From: Bugula neritina
Lineage: Eukaryota; Animalia; Bryozoa
Reading direction: 5' to 3'
NCBI GenBank assembly: GCA_964035545.1
Contig: OZ037771.1
Coordinates: forward strand, 6,915,190-6,979,189
DNA length: 64,000 nt
A program made the translations under genes and the position numbers. The notes below the pieces were generated by a model. The model was not told the DNA's origin. It worked only from the letters and a program-made list of their open reading frames with translations, and searched no databases. This document shows, piece by piece, positions 26,179-39,400 of this stretch. Positions within the stretch are counted from its first letter, which is position 1; every line of letters starts with the position of its first letter.

Positions 26179-28165
26179 ATTAACAGCTGACCTGCCCCTC
26201 TGTGCTCTGAACTTTGACCCTAACACATCAAAGTTAAATTATGAGTGGTCCTCTATCAGGTCACTAATAAAGCTGTGGCTGTATGTAATATTAAAGCTAC
26301 TGCTGCTTTTAATTAATCCATAACAGAATGGCGTAAGGAGGGTGTAGATTTTTTTTATCAAAGCTCAACACCAAAACATGTTTTGTGTTTTACTATAATA
26401 AAACTAAGTTCTCTTTGCCTTAAGAAATTAAATTATTTTAGTTTGTGTTAACATGTTTGTGTCTAGACTTCTTGATTCTCACCAAAATAATGTTTGATAC
26501 GGTGTTGATAATGTGCTGTAATGTCAAAAGTAAAATATGTTGAAAAAATGTATCATTTTACTTTATATAATGCATTTATTAGTCACTTTTATCACAAAAC
26601 CTATATTAGTAATGTACTATTGGGTAAATTGAGTTGATTCCAACTTTCTGGTGAGTGGCAGATCCTAAAGCAACGTCTTAACTGTACATAGATGGTTGTA
26701 GCAAGTGGGTGTGACTTCATCCACTCTGTTTGTTGAAATCATTAGTCATTTTGATAATTTACTAAAATAGTTAAGTTTGTCATTAAGACATGATGCTGAG
26801 CAAGTTGGCAATTTATGACTGGTACTACTGGATGACCTAGCAAAATATTTGTATATTTTTGTTGCTTTGCAAATGAAGAGTGTTATCACTTATTTGTCAG
26901 CAAATGCATAAATGCAATTATATTCGCAAACTTATGCATGAATTTTTTACTAAACCTGCTTATGACTATTATACGTCCATAAATGCTTTCAATAGTACAC
27001 TTGGTGCATGCATGATACATATATCACTTCTACTGCGACTATGTATTTACTGATAGCTTAAACCTACTTAACTACTAATTTACATACTAGTTTACATGTG
27101 TGTTATATCTTATCATCATGAATTCCTTCACTGTACTCGTACAAATGTGTTAGAGTATTATACTCAGCAGAGATGAATGTGCTATTGTTATATTTGCTCT
27201 ACTCATTTATCTACTTCCCACATGTTCACATTCTCCACCCTTCAACTCTATGAGAGTCTTACTAACACTTGGGATAATGGCTAAGTACTTTTCCCAAGTA
27301 GTAGAGGCATAGCCTGTGTTACTAATGTCCAAACTGCATGTCACGTGTACTGCATATATTAATGTTTGCTTTCAGTTTACAATATTTTTGGAGAGACTTC
27401 ACTGGGACTAGAATTTTAAAGCCCATAAAAGATTAATGTTCACATGTAAGTTTGGTTATTTATCATAGTACGTTATACAGCTGCACTGGTAAGGTTTCTT
27501 TATACACGTAGCCATGTTTATATTGCCTATTCACCATCACTTTAGTCGAATTTAGGTTCAGTAGGAAAGAAATTTTAATAGTTTAAGTTCTTCGATTTTT
27601 TAAAGAAATTTTGATGTGAGCCGCTGTTGAAATCCTCATGATAACATAACTTTTTTTGGAGTTTGGAGCTCAGACAACCAGTCATTCACCCCCAGATAAG
27701 TGCTGCATCTAGCAAGTTCTTTTTTTGCTACATTTCTAGTGTAGAACACAGGCTTTTCTCAGTTTCTCTATTTTCACATCTACCACCTCAGCTTCATTGG
27801 CAACTTCAACACATGTTGACACTCCAAAGTTTTATTTTTGAAGAAGTTATATAGTAAATATAGAACCTGTTCCAGTTGGGTGTTGCTTGCATTTCCACTC
27901 TGCCATTGTTTTTGCTTTCATTGTACTAGTGTTGGGTGAGAAATGGTCTGGTTGGTTCGATTGATTTATTGCATATCACAGACATGAAAATACGGTGTGA
28001 AATTAGTTTGACAATGCTCTATGCCGCAAGTTCTTTGTAAGTTAGCAGAGTTTTATGATTTGGTCTTTTGGAAACAAAATGGTTTGCTTAGCTCTCTTTC
28101 ACAAAGCTCTAGATTTTAATTCAATTCATATTATATCATTATACTGGTCAGGGTGTCATGTAAAT

Positions 28166-28325
28166 GAAGAACTCGAACAAGTTTATAGTCACCAACCCTG
28201 TAAGAAATCCCTGATGGAAAGGGTTTTTCAAAGTGGGCTAAGAACTTATTCGTATATGGCATAGGAGCAATTATGACTGAATGCTCTTCCTAACATCACC
28301 AATGGTCTTTACTGGGGTTCGAAAA
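28166..28325 (-). mobile_element. SINE copy (B-box to 3' end), antisense
   Basis: Reverse complement reads TTCGAACCCC..CCATTGGTGATGTTAGGAAGAGCATTCAGTCATAATTGCTCC..CTTAGCCC..ACTATAAACTTG, matching the family. Confidence 0.85.
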
Positions 28326-28679
28326 GGCTTTTTGCGATGGTCATGGTGAAACTTCTAGTTATCTACATTTCCTACTAAATGATTCATATTCATGCTGATG
28401 CTGTGAGAGTTATGGTTTGAGAGTGTTACTCCGGGTGCTGTAATGTGTAGCTCTTCTGTTTGGGATGAGCTCACACTCCAAGTAAAATTTCTTTCATGGA
28501 TCAGCATAATATTGTTATTAGCCTCAGTATTTAAACTGTATTCAAACTAAAGTTAGTAGTTATTCAATCGCAGCAGGTAAATTTTGTCACAATTAACTTC
28601 CTTTTTCACTGTCTTGTGTTGCAAGTTGGCAACTCATGGTGACTTAACAGTCAGGATTATACTCAGCTATGCTAACGTT

Positions 28680-28765
28680 GTAGTGTCACATGTTCACTGT
28701 ACTGTGACATCTCTGTAGTGACACATGTTTACTGTACTGTGACATCTCTGTTGTGACACATGTGT
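28680..28765. repeat. 35-bp tandem repeat, about 2.5 copies
   Basis: TGTAGTGACACATGTTTACTGTACTGTGACATCTC repeated. Confidence 0.8.
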
Positions 28766-30449
28766 GTCCTATGTATTACAATACGTGTATGACAGCATAT
28801 TATACTCTCACATGTGTTGTAATACATGGAACACACATTTTGTAACATTGTAGCACGTTTTGTGATACTTGTGCTGTGTCATGGGTTGTGCTAGGCATAG
28901 TTATAAAGGATATCAGTTAGCCATCCTATCAAAAAATTTCCCCATGCAATGTGGAGGTCCCCAATCTAAATTGACAGTGAGGTTTGAAGGTGATCTAGGA
29001 CACCCTTACCCTCACAGGAATCATGGCTAAACAATTACTGGTTTTAAGATCATATGCTCTACATCTGTCAGGTATTTTTTGGGTTGATACTGCATTCCAG
29101 TTGATGCAGGTTGGGTTAGCTTGTACAGCTCTTGATGTTGCTAAGGCAATGTGGTAACTCTTCATCTTGTATCAAAGTGAAAGTTGAATTAATCTACTAG
29201 ACAACCTGTCAACATGGATTTATCTTTGCATGTGACTGGGAAGTAGTTGGTGGTATTTATTTAGCCTTAGGTTAGTATTACTAGTTGAATTACATTATCA
29301 TTTTTCTATCCTCGTAACATCTTGTATTGATTGTTAGGTATCCTGGGCTAAATATAATAACTAGTTATTGTACTTGCTCAGTTGGCATTATTTTCTAGCT
29401 CTTTTATTTTGATCACCTATACAATATTTACAAACTTTTCAAATCTTGTGATTTAGTTTGTTGCAAACCAGGAATTTTTTAGCATGAACTACTGGTGCCT
29501 CTGCTAAAGACACTTCAGATAAATTTAGGGACATTGACCTATTTGCAATACTGCTCCAGCTCCAATAAATGATAAATATGCAATTTATCAGCTTACGCTA
29601 CCATATGCAATAATGCTATAATCATATAGAACACAGCCATGCCGGATGAAATGAAAAATGAAAAAAAAAATTTTTCAACTAAACTTATTGTTATTTTCTG
29701 GAGTTATCTGTTCCGGTTCTTCTGCAGACTATTGTCATATTGTTTTGATTAAAACGAACGCTGATTGGCTGGTTAACAAGCATACTTGTACCCATTTGAC
29801 AGAAGTTTCCCTTGATAATCACGTGCATCGTCGACTGCATGTAGTACCTTTGTAGCGATTAGGAAAGGCTGTCTCTTAATCAGTACTGGCTCAGTAGCAT
29901 TTCACTAATTGCTTTCATACTCGGACCATTCATAAATTCCTTTTAGCTTATCAGCATTTTATCAGTAATCATTATTTACTAACGTTACTGACTCGGGGGT
30001 ACACTGCAATCAGTGGAAGGTCAACTTATTTCTCTATTATTCTGGATTATTGTCACCATTCTGTTGGCTAATCTCTCATGTATTTGGCTCAAATCTCTCT
30101 GAGTCATCGGTTTTTATCCTTGGTGTGAAGTATAAGTGAGTCAATTTTGTTTCCACATTTGTTGCCTAAAGCATTAGAAAGATGGTTGGGGGTTCCAGTC
30201 CTTCTCTAAACAAATGGGTAAGATTACAGAGTAAAACAAATGATATGCATATGTAAAGTAAATTATTCCTCCTAGCACTGCACTCTAGTAACTAGTAAGT
30301 AAACAGTAGTGTATTCGTCAACTGTACAACGTAAGTGTAACTGCTCACCTGTTTATTACCTGCAGAGTACGAGGAAGAGTGGTGGAAGTAGCTGGTCTCT
30401 AAAGTCACTCAAAGCTAGCGGCTGGTCACTCAAGTTTTTCACCTCTAGA

Positions 30450-33400
30450 ATGTCAACAAGTGAGTCTAACAAATCATTTTTCTGTATGTATGCCACCATA
30501 TGAGTGTATCACTCTTATTTAAGTATGTCTTTCAATCAGTGTGACTGTAATTGTATTTTTTACTGTAGCAGTTGCATTTAAAAACTCTACTTTTTTAGCA
30601 CAATAATAATTCAATATTATAAGTGACTTGCTGGTTTCCAACTGGGTTTGTGATTTCAAATTGATAGAAAATTCTAAGGTATTGGGTATTTGAAAGAAAA
30701 TTCAGTTTATCTTTTGCAATTGGCTCAATTTTATTATCAAAGTGCAACTCGTAGCTATTGTCAATTATGCTGTTAAATTTTTGCTGACTTACTGACTAAT
30801 AATTAGTTGTCATAGCCAGTGATTACTTGCAGTAGCCTGTGCATACACAGTAGCTGACCTAGTAGTGGTTGCTAGTTTACCTGCTGACTACACTTGCAGA
30901 TAATGGAAGCTCAGAAGAGCTCATGGTGGTAGCCAAGTATGACTACAGGGCCAAAGACACTCAAGAGCTCAACATCTGCAAGAATGAAAAGCTGACTTTG
31001 ATTGATGACAGCAAACATTGGTGGCTGGTGAGTTTGCTTCTAACTGGTGCTATTTATAACTTCCTTCACAGTTGGTGTAGGAATTTTCTCTCTAATGGCT
31101 GAACTGTGTAGGTATGTGTTGATAGAACCAAAGACCTTTCTACTGTAAATACAGTCACAAACCAGCAAGCAAATATATTGAGATGGTAAGTTTCAACACC
31201 AACAGGATAGATGTTTGCATGTTCGATTGGAGTAGAGAAACAGCTTTTTTTAGAATTTTTTAAATTGCATTCACAGCTAGCCTTGTAAATAGGAGCTGCA
31301 ACCCATGATTTTTAATCGCTCAGCCAATCAGAGTGTGTTGAGTTTGGAAAGAGTAAAAAGGCCTCAGTTTTTTTCCATGAAGATTACTTGTTGGCCCAGG
31401 AAATGTGAACTTTTGGAATTGTGTTAACTGTTGAACAGTTGGGTACTAATAAGTTGGGGCAGCAAAGGCGTGTGAACCTCTCTGTCAGATATAATTATAT
31501 CCTGTTTACCAGACTACCGGCAGCACCCCCCTACAACAGATGTGGAGATAGTTGCTGTCAAGGTTCCTTTCAGTCTCCATTGTTGATGCTGACTCATCAC
31601 ATGTGTTGACCACAAGCTGATTGGTTGCCTGGTGTTAGTCCCTGCCTCATTAGTCACTGCTGCCTCATTAGTCACTGCTCATCCTACCTGGTGCCAAGTT
31701 AATTATTTGGAAAATAAATACTGTCACCTTTCATGAGGTTTTTATTTACTTGTCCAAATATTGCTCAGTGAGAGTTTCTACAGGCTACGGTATAGTAGCT
31801 GCACAGCAGGCAGTCTTGTCCTGGAGTTTTCTCCCCTGATTGTGTCAAGTTACAGTTGAACTTTGCTATTTTTGATGAATTTTCTGCTCCAGCGTAGCCA
31901 CAACTTTAAGAAGCAATGTGGATGTTCTAGTGCATGTTAGTTTTAGGCTCTATCTGCTGCGTTTATTGCATAGACAGTTTTTGTTCTTGAAATGGAGCTG
32001 ATGGACTTCTAGACTAAATTGGCATTTTGGAAATCGAGTAGCAATTAGCTCATCCTTGCTGAGAGAACATTTGTTACTCTGTTGTTGGTTCAAAAATGTA
32101 AAGTTATCTAACCACTCCATCATACTGTACTTTACATGTCATGATTTGTTGTAAATATTATGCATGTGCTATTATCTCTTAGTGATTATTTTAAGGACCA
32201 AGAAACTCAAACAATATAGTTTCTATCAGTGAGTCATTTGATTGTAAACTAGTCATAAGTTAAGTATCAGTTGCTGCTGAGTCAGCTTAAGTTTAATAAA
32301 ATAATGTCCCATGAATCAGGTACAATATTATGTTTTTTTGAAAATGTATACAATAGCATAGGAGAGGTGTTTGTCCTGCATACAAGCATCTCAGCTGATG
32401 GGATTATTTAATGTCTGACGTCACTAACTGTACTGTCTCTGTAAGCAATTACCAACATAATGTGACCTTATCATCTGGTATGTCCTTTCCTCACAAGGAA
32501 CTGCTGTGTTTGTGTGTTGTGCATGACTCAACGCAGCTGTGTTAGCAGGAGAAATGTCAGTGAATGTGGTTTATGTTAGACTAGGTGAAATATGTTTCAA
32601 ATAAAATCATTATTGCTGCTGTTTAGCTTACGTAATAGCATCAGTTTATAAATTGACACTGTAATAAGTAAATTATTATAAACATTTTAGAGGTGGGTAA
32701 ACTTGCTGTAGTGGGCTGAAGTACCCAACTAGAATACACACTGAACAGCCTGTGTATGGGTCATTGGTAAAAGTGTTTTAGCTACTTTAAACCTCATGGT
32801 CTGAAACCAAGTCTATTTCCTGTCTAAACACATTTGCTACTAGGGCAACTATAAACAAGTGTGAGCTTGGAGATGTGGTAGTATGGCTGTGTGGAAACGT
32901 GCACTTGACTAGTTCCTGTCCTCATTTGTCTTGTCTTTTTGGCTCCATGAAAGTTGTCAAGTTTTGTATGACTCATCCCAGTTGACATTCTCTATGGGTG
33001 GTCATTGTCTTCAAAGTCACTTAGTAGCAGAGGTGGTCAGTCATGCTTCTCTTTCTTCAATATGTTGAAGTATTGAATTCTCTAGTTGAATCATCTGGGA
33101 TATTCAGAAGGTCTGCTTCATAGGTTGACTGCTCAGCATTTGTTATTTTTAACAACATTAGAGATATTAACGACTTAATTTACCAGCTGGAACAATCAGC
33201 ACTTTGCTATTTTCGTATGTTTCCAGTGTGATTGTATGTGAAGCAGATGTAGGGTATAGTATTCACTTCTTGTTACTACTCTTCACTCAGTCACTCATTG
33301 TGTATCTGGTGTGAAACATGACACTGTTGACTGCATTTTCATGTGCCAATAGGTAGTGAATCACTTCTCTCACCTCATACTATTCACTTGCCAGCAACTG

Positions 33401-36400
33401 TTTGGCTCCTATACTTAGGCTGTGATGGATTCAGCATTTCATCATAATAATATAGCCTGTATTCTAACAGTAGCCAGCTGAGTGCAGAGTGTACAAGGGT
33501 TAAGGCACAAAAATCGCTTATTCAAAAACTAGAACTGGTCTAAATTGTTTGACTTTTAGCGTAAATTTGTATTTGAAATGTAATTGTTATGAAAATACAA
33601 ATTTTTTGCAAGAATTTTTATTTCAACACATGTTTTTTGAAATTTCTCCGTAGCTGTGCCTATTTGATGGGAAGAGTAAATGGTGTTGCATAATTATTTG
33701 CAGTATTGTGTTAGCATCCCCCATTCCCCATTGTTGACCCTCTTCTTTGCTTGATACTGAATGGCATCTAAAAATCATTCCAGGCAGATACTTAAATCAC
33801 TGGCTTGAAATCAGCAGTGATGAATTGTGAATGACTAACATAATACATTATGATGCGTAATTGACTTTTAAAGCTATGTAAGTCCATTGTCTGCACTATT
33901 TGATATATGAGAGCTCTCTATTTTCCCTGCCCGATTCCTTTGTTACATTAGACTACAATATTTTGATGCTATCATCTATAACAATGGCTCAAAAGAAGTG
34001 CCTTTGTGATCGTCTATGCAGTTTTGCACTTCTATAAGCCTCCTATGCTATGCTCTAGTAAATCTTGTTCTACATTATATTGGGTCATCCGCATTGACTG
34101 TTTCAGTTCGTAGTTTCATTTATCACATCTTCTTTCAGCTGAACTATTATGCATCCATTTCTCTGTCACTATTCCGCCCCTGGTGTTGAGTCTTTGTGAT
34201 GACTAACAGTAGTAACTAACGGTAGTAACTTGCAGTAGCTACTAACAGTAGCTACTAGCAGACAGCAGTTGTGACTTGACTAGTGATTTACATGTCTACA
34301 CATGCATGTGACATTCGTTACATATGATGAAACTGCATACAACATTTCACTAGACAGGTAATTGTACATATCGCTGTGGTAACTGCTTGCTGTTCAACTG
34401 GTAAGGTTTGGTCTGTGTTGCTCCTCTGCAAGTCTGCCGAGTCTTCCCCAGCAGATGATAGCTTTTTATTTGCTGGTTCTTTGTGAAGTTTTTTTTTATC
34501 TTTTTATAGTATTTATGGACGTTTTTTATTTCTAGTATGTGGAATGAGGAACACTGCAGTTGTACTGTAGCTTGCAAGGTTGTAAGAACCAAACCTCACA
34601 CCCAGGGACCTGGTGTCAGGTGTTGTAGGTTGAGCTTCCTTCTCACAGGAAACCCTGGGCCACTTCCTAAAAAACATGACTATTTTTGGCTACGTTTTAT
34701 ATCAACTGTAAACTCAAGGGTGGTGTGGTTGTATCAGCTGATCATCTTGAGATATCAAAATATTATGATAAACTGCAAAATGACTATTTTTACAGTTACA
34801 TTAATTATGCTGAAATGTATCCACGTGATGGAACAGTGGCTTCTGTGTGTAACCTTAGAGGTTGTGCAAGGTGTTGGGTTTGTTTACAGGTGAAAAATGT
34901 TAAGGATGAGACAGGTTACGTCCCTTCAAACTACGTCAAGAAGCTCAAACCCTCAATATTAGTGTCGCTGAAAAATATTGGCAAAGGAACTCTGGGAAGG
35001 AAAAGGTCTACAGATAGAATACAAGTAAGTGACTGTATTTGTATTGTCACACCATAGGTGTGCCCTATACACTTTGTTGGGGTTGTTGAGTTGGAATTAG
35101 TAACTAACTATTTACTCGCATGCCAGGGTGGAAATAATTTCAAAGAGCAGCAACTCTATTTAACACCACAATTGAAATAATTTGGCTCCAAGATGGTATA
35201 TACACATAGGATGTCAGCATTTCTATGGTTTCCCACTCGGAGGGAGCCGCCGTTGTCTAGGGTTAGAGAGTGTGCTTAGTAAACAGGAAGTCATGGGTTC
35301 GAACCCGACAAAGGCCATGGGTGATGTTAGGAAGAGCATCCAGTCATAATTGCTCCTGTGCCCCATCTGAATAAGTCCTTAGCCCGATTTACCAAAGAAC
35401 CCTTTCGTGAGTTCTTCTATGGTTTCACTCTGGAGGTTCCCAGTATTGTGTATGTTGAAGGACTAGTTGGCTTCAGCCACTCTACCAAGACACAACTGTT
35501 TCACTCCACTGCATATACAGCATAACCATGAAAATATGCTTCTTATTACTTTCTGTAGATACAGCAAATGTCTCAAGGTTGCGGGGACTACAGTGTACCG
35601 AATGGTGGTGGTTCGGGTGGCGGCGAGGAGGCCTCCATAGGTGCTTATGTCTGTGCTAAATATTCATATGTGGCTCAGCAGGCTGATGAACTGTCTTTCT
35701 CTAAGGGGGACTATATCATAGTAATAGAGAAGTCTAAGGACGGCTGGTGGAAAGGTGAGTTTCTGTGTTATATATCTAGCAGGTAGTGCGCTGTTATACA
35801 AGGCTGTGCAGTGTTACTATTCAGGACTAAAGCTAAAGCCACATGGAGTAGAAGTGTGCTTATACAGAGAAAATCCGATGTTCCACACACAATATGTTGC
35901 CATGGAGATTGACATTAGATTGACCAATTGTGTTTGCCAATGACTTTACAGCTATTTTATATATTATTTCATTGTGAAATGCTCAGTGATGCACTTAATT
36001 GATTGAAATGAAAACAGAAAACTAAAAGCTAAATAGTGATCAACCAATTAGATCACTGCAGTGTTCATTCAGCATTTTCACAGAATGAAATTTGCACAGA
36101 AGGGCTCTAGTTTGGGTTCAGAGTTTTTGTTGCTCCAGTGCAGAAATCCACTCCATGTGGTGCTAGCTAGTTTACTATTCAAAACTACATTTCCCCTTTC
36201 GTATCTCACTAAACCTGAATAGTACAATACCACAATAAACTCATGGATTCGTTGATTTCAGCCATTTTGTCCCTATTTTGTCTAAATACATAAGCCACAA
36301 AACGGGGTCCAAGCCCTTCTCGTGACGATGGAGATGGAATTTCGTGAGAAATGAAACTGTGAGATATGTATGGAGCAATGTACTACTATTCAGAGCTAGG

Positions 36401-39400
36401 CAATGTAATGGCAATGCAATACACAACACCTGCCCAAGCTTGTTCAAGCATGTCCACACTCAACACATGCTCTCCATCAGAATGATGTTGAAATAAAATA
36501 ATATTATACTGAAATAGCTTGCAACTCCTATCTGTGTGGGAAGATGAATCTATTACCATCAGGTGATGGCCATATGCAGGTTTATATTAACATGCATCAT
36601 TCCCAGCATGCAATTCAGAGATATAAAAGAACATAATTGCAGCGTGACCATCATGTGACAGCTTTCTATCTCACCATCACCAACTGTTGGACTTATTTGG
36701 TCTATTTCAAGGCACAAGTGTTAGATAAAATATAGAGTAGTGAATTACACAGTAACAGTATGGCTAGATTCAGTATATACTCTACACAGCTGTATAGTCA
36801 GTATATACTCTACACAGCTGTATAGCCAGTATATACTCTACACAGCTATATAGTCAGTATATACTCTACACAGCTATATAGTCAGTATATACTCTACACA
36901 GCTATATAGTCAGTATATACTCTACACAGTTATATAGTCAGTATATACTCTACACAGTTATATAGTCAGTATATACTCTACACAGTTATATAGTCAGTAT
37001 ATACTCTACACAGTTATATAGTCAGTATATACTCTACACAGCTATATAGTCAGTATATACTCTACACAGTTATATAGTCAGTATATACTCTACACAGCTG
37101 TATAGCCAGTATATACTCTACACAGCTATATAGTCAGTATATACTCTACACAGTTATATAGTCAGTATATACTCTACACAGTTATATAGTCAGTATATAC
37201 TCTACACAGTTATATAGTCAGTATATACTCTACACAGCTGTATAGTCAGTATATACTCTACACAGCTATATAGTCAGTATATACTCTACACAGCTGTATA
37301 GTCAGTATATACTCTACACAGCTGTATAGTCAGTATATACTCTACACAGCTATATAGTCAGTATATACTCTACACAGCTATATAGTCAGTATATACTCTA
37401 CACAGTTATATAGTCAGTATATACTCTACACAGCTATATAGTCAGTATATACTCTACACAGCTATATAGTCAGTATATACTCTACACAGCTATATATTCA
37501 GTATATACTCTACACAGTTATATAGTCAGCGTGTAGGCAGGCAGTGCTCAGGTATTTCCTAGTCACCACTCTGTAAACTACAAGCACTTCCCAACCAGCA
37601 AACCATAATATAATCACATTTACATCAACATTTTGTTTACCTGATGTGTTGCTGCTGCTTGACATTATCAATTTGCCATGACTGGTGATTCAATATGATG
37701 CCCTGTACAGGGTGATTAAGGTTTTGTTATACTCTATCATTATATAGCAATGAAATGAAATGTTGGTGCACCTTTAAAATGAGTACTAATAATAAACAGA
37801 TATCAGCTGAATTCGTTACAACCACTATCCTGTGTATCACTGCATTGCCTTAGCAATTGTGTTCTCAGTTTTGATTGTTTAATTCCATATGGTCTAAGTT
37901 CTAAACTCTTAACTGTATGTAAATAAAGGTCTCAGATTAACCCCCCCCCCCCTCCTTTCAGGTAATAAGTAGGCAACTGGGGTATAAATGCTCTGAAAAG
38001 TGTCACTAGTTTAGCACTTGGTCAAGCTAGATGTGAAGGTAGTTTATTTCCATGGATGCTGTAGAATTGAAGGTTTTACTCGTTTTGGCTTGCAAACATA
38101 CCTATATGCTGCTCGACTGCAAGACCTCTTTGTTGTTGCAGGTCGTAAGAACACAAATGTTGGATGGTTTCCTAGCAACTATGTGGACATAGCCCAAGAA
38201 CAAATGTACTCTAGGCCCAGTGAGCAGACAGTGGACGTTACATCACCACCCCTAGACATCGTCATTACTCTTTACCAGTTCAGTTCCAGCAATCTTGAAG
38301 AGCTCAACTTTAACAAAGATGAAAGGTGAAATTCTGTTTCAGTTTTACCATGAACTGTCTTTATAACCTCCACCTACCAAGTATTGTTTTTGGTTGTTCA
38401 TTTGTATGGAGATAGTGCCCTGTGAGCTGTATATGTTGCTGTCGTTGTTTGACTATGATGCTGTACAGTATACACTATACTTTGCTCAATTAACATGGAA
38501 AAGTTCTTAAAAGGGTTTTTAATGCTTTTTTCTCACCTATCTCCGCTTTGTCCTGTTCGGATAGCGGGCTCTTAAATGCTTTTAAACACGGTTTTAATTG
38601 TAAAAATAAGTTAAACAATTTTCTGAAATGTTTTAGAGATGATTTACTGACTGCCTTCATACATTTTTAGTAACATTTATATTGTAATTTCTCAGTATAT
38701 GAGCATGTTAAAGTCAGAGCCTGTATGTTTGTGTACAGCTTTGATGTGTTCTATTTATAACAGACTGTTGAATTGTATTCAGGTTAGAGATCATTGAGAA
38801 GCCAGAAGATGACCCTGAGTGGTGGAGGGCTCGAAATAGCGTCGGCAAAATTGGTTTAGTTCCTCGAAACTACGTAGAAGTTTTATCGGAGAACACAACC
38901 TCCAGTACACAGAAGTACAGCTCTGACGGGTTCGTATTCTATACGTTGTGGCACTTGACGTCATCTCTTTGGTTCACAGTCTAATATTGCTGCATCCAAG
39001 ATCACTTGCAAATTTCCCTGTTCAAGTATTTACCTGCGACTGTCTTTTGTAGGGGAGATAATCACCAGGCTCAAGTAGACGAGTATAATTACAGGTAACT
39101 TTAAGGCTTGTACTAAACTGTATCTGTGGCCATTTTTGTGAATTTTCCAATGGATGGACGACTTTGTTTTTCTGTCGCAACTTTTTTCACTGTTTGTTGA
39201 ATTTTCAACAAGACACATAGCTTACATCAAATGATGAATGAGAAATGTAATGCAGAGCAAAGGCTCGCCTGTCGTATCTATATTGTCCATATTTCTTGCT
39301 CGCAGAGATGATGACTGTCATGGGAGGATGGAGTACGCTAAGGGGCTGAAGTACGAGGCTAAGGAATGGTTTTATGGGAAGATAACCAGATCAGAGGCAG

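Noticed and set aside
36771-37529. CRISPR-like array (also the 32-bp and 33-bp arrays)
   Set aside because: Units are contiguous with no unique spacers, there are no cas genes, and the context is eukaryotic.
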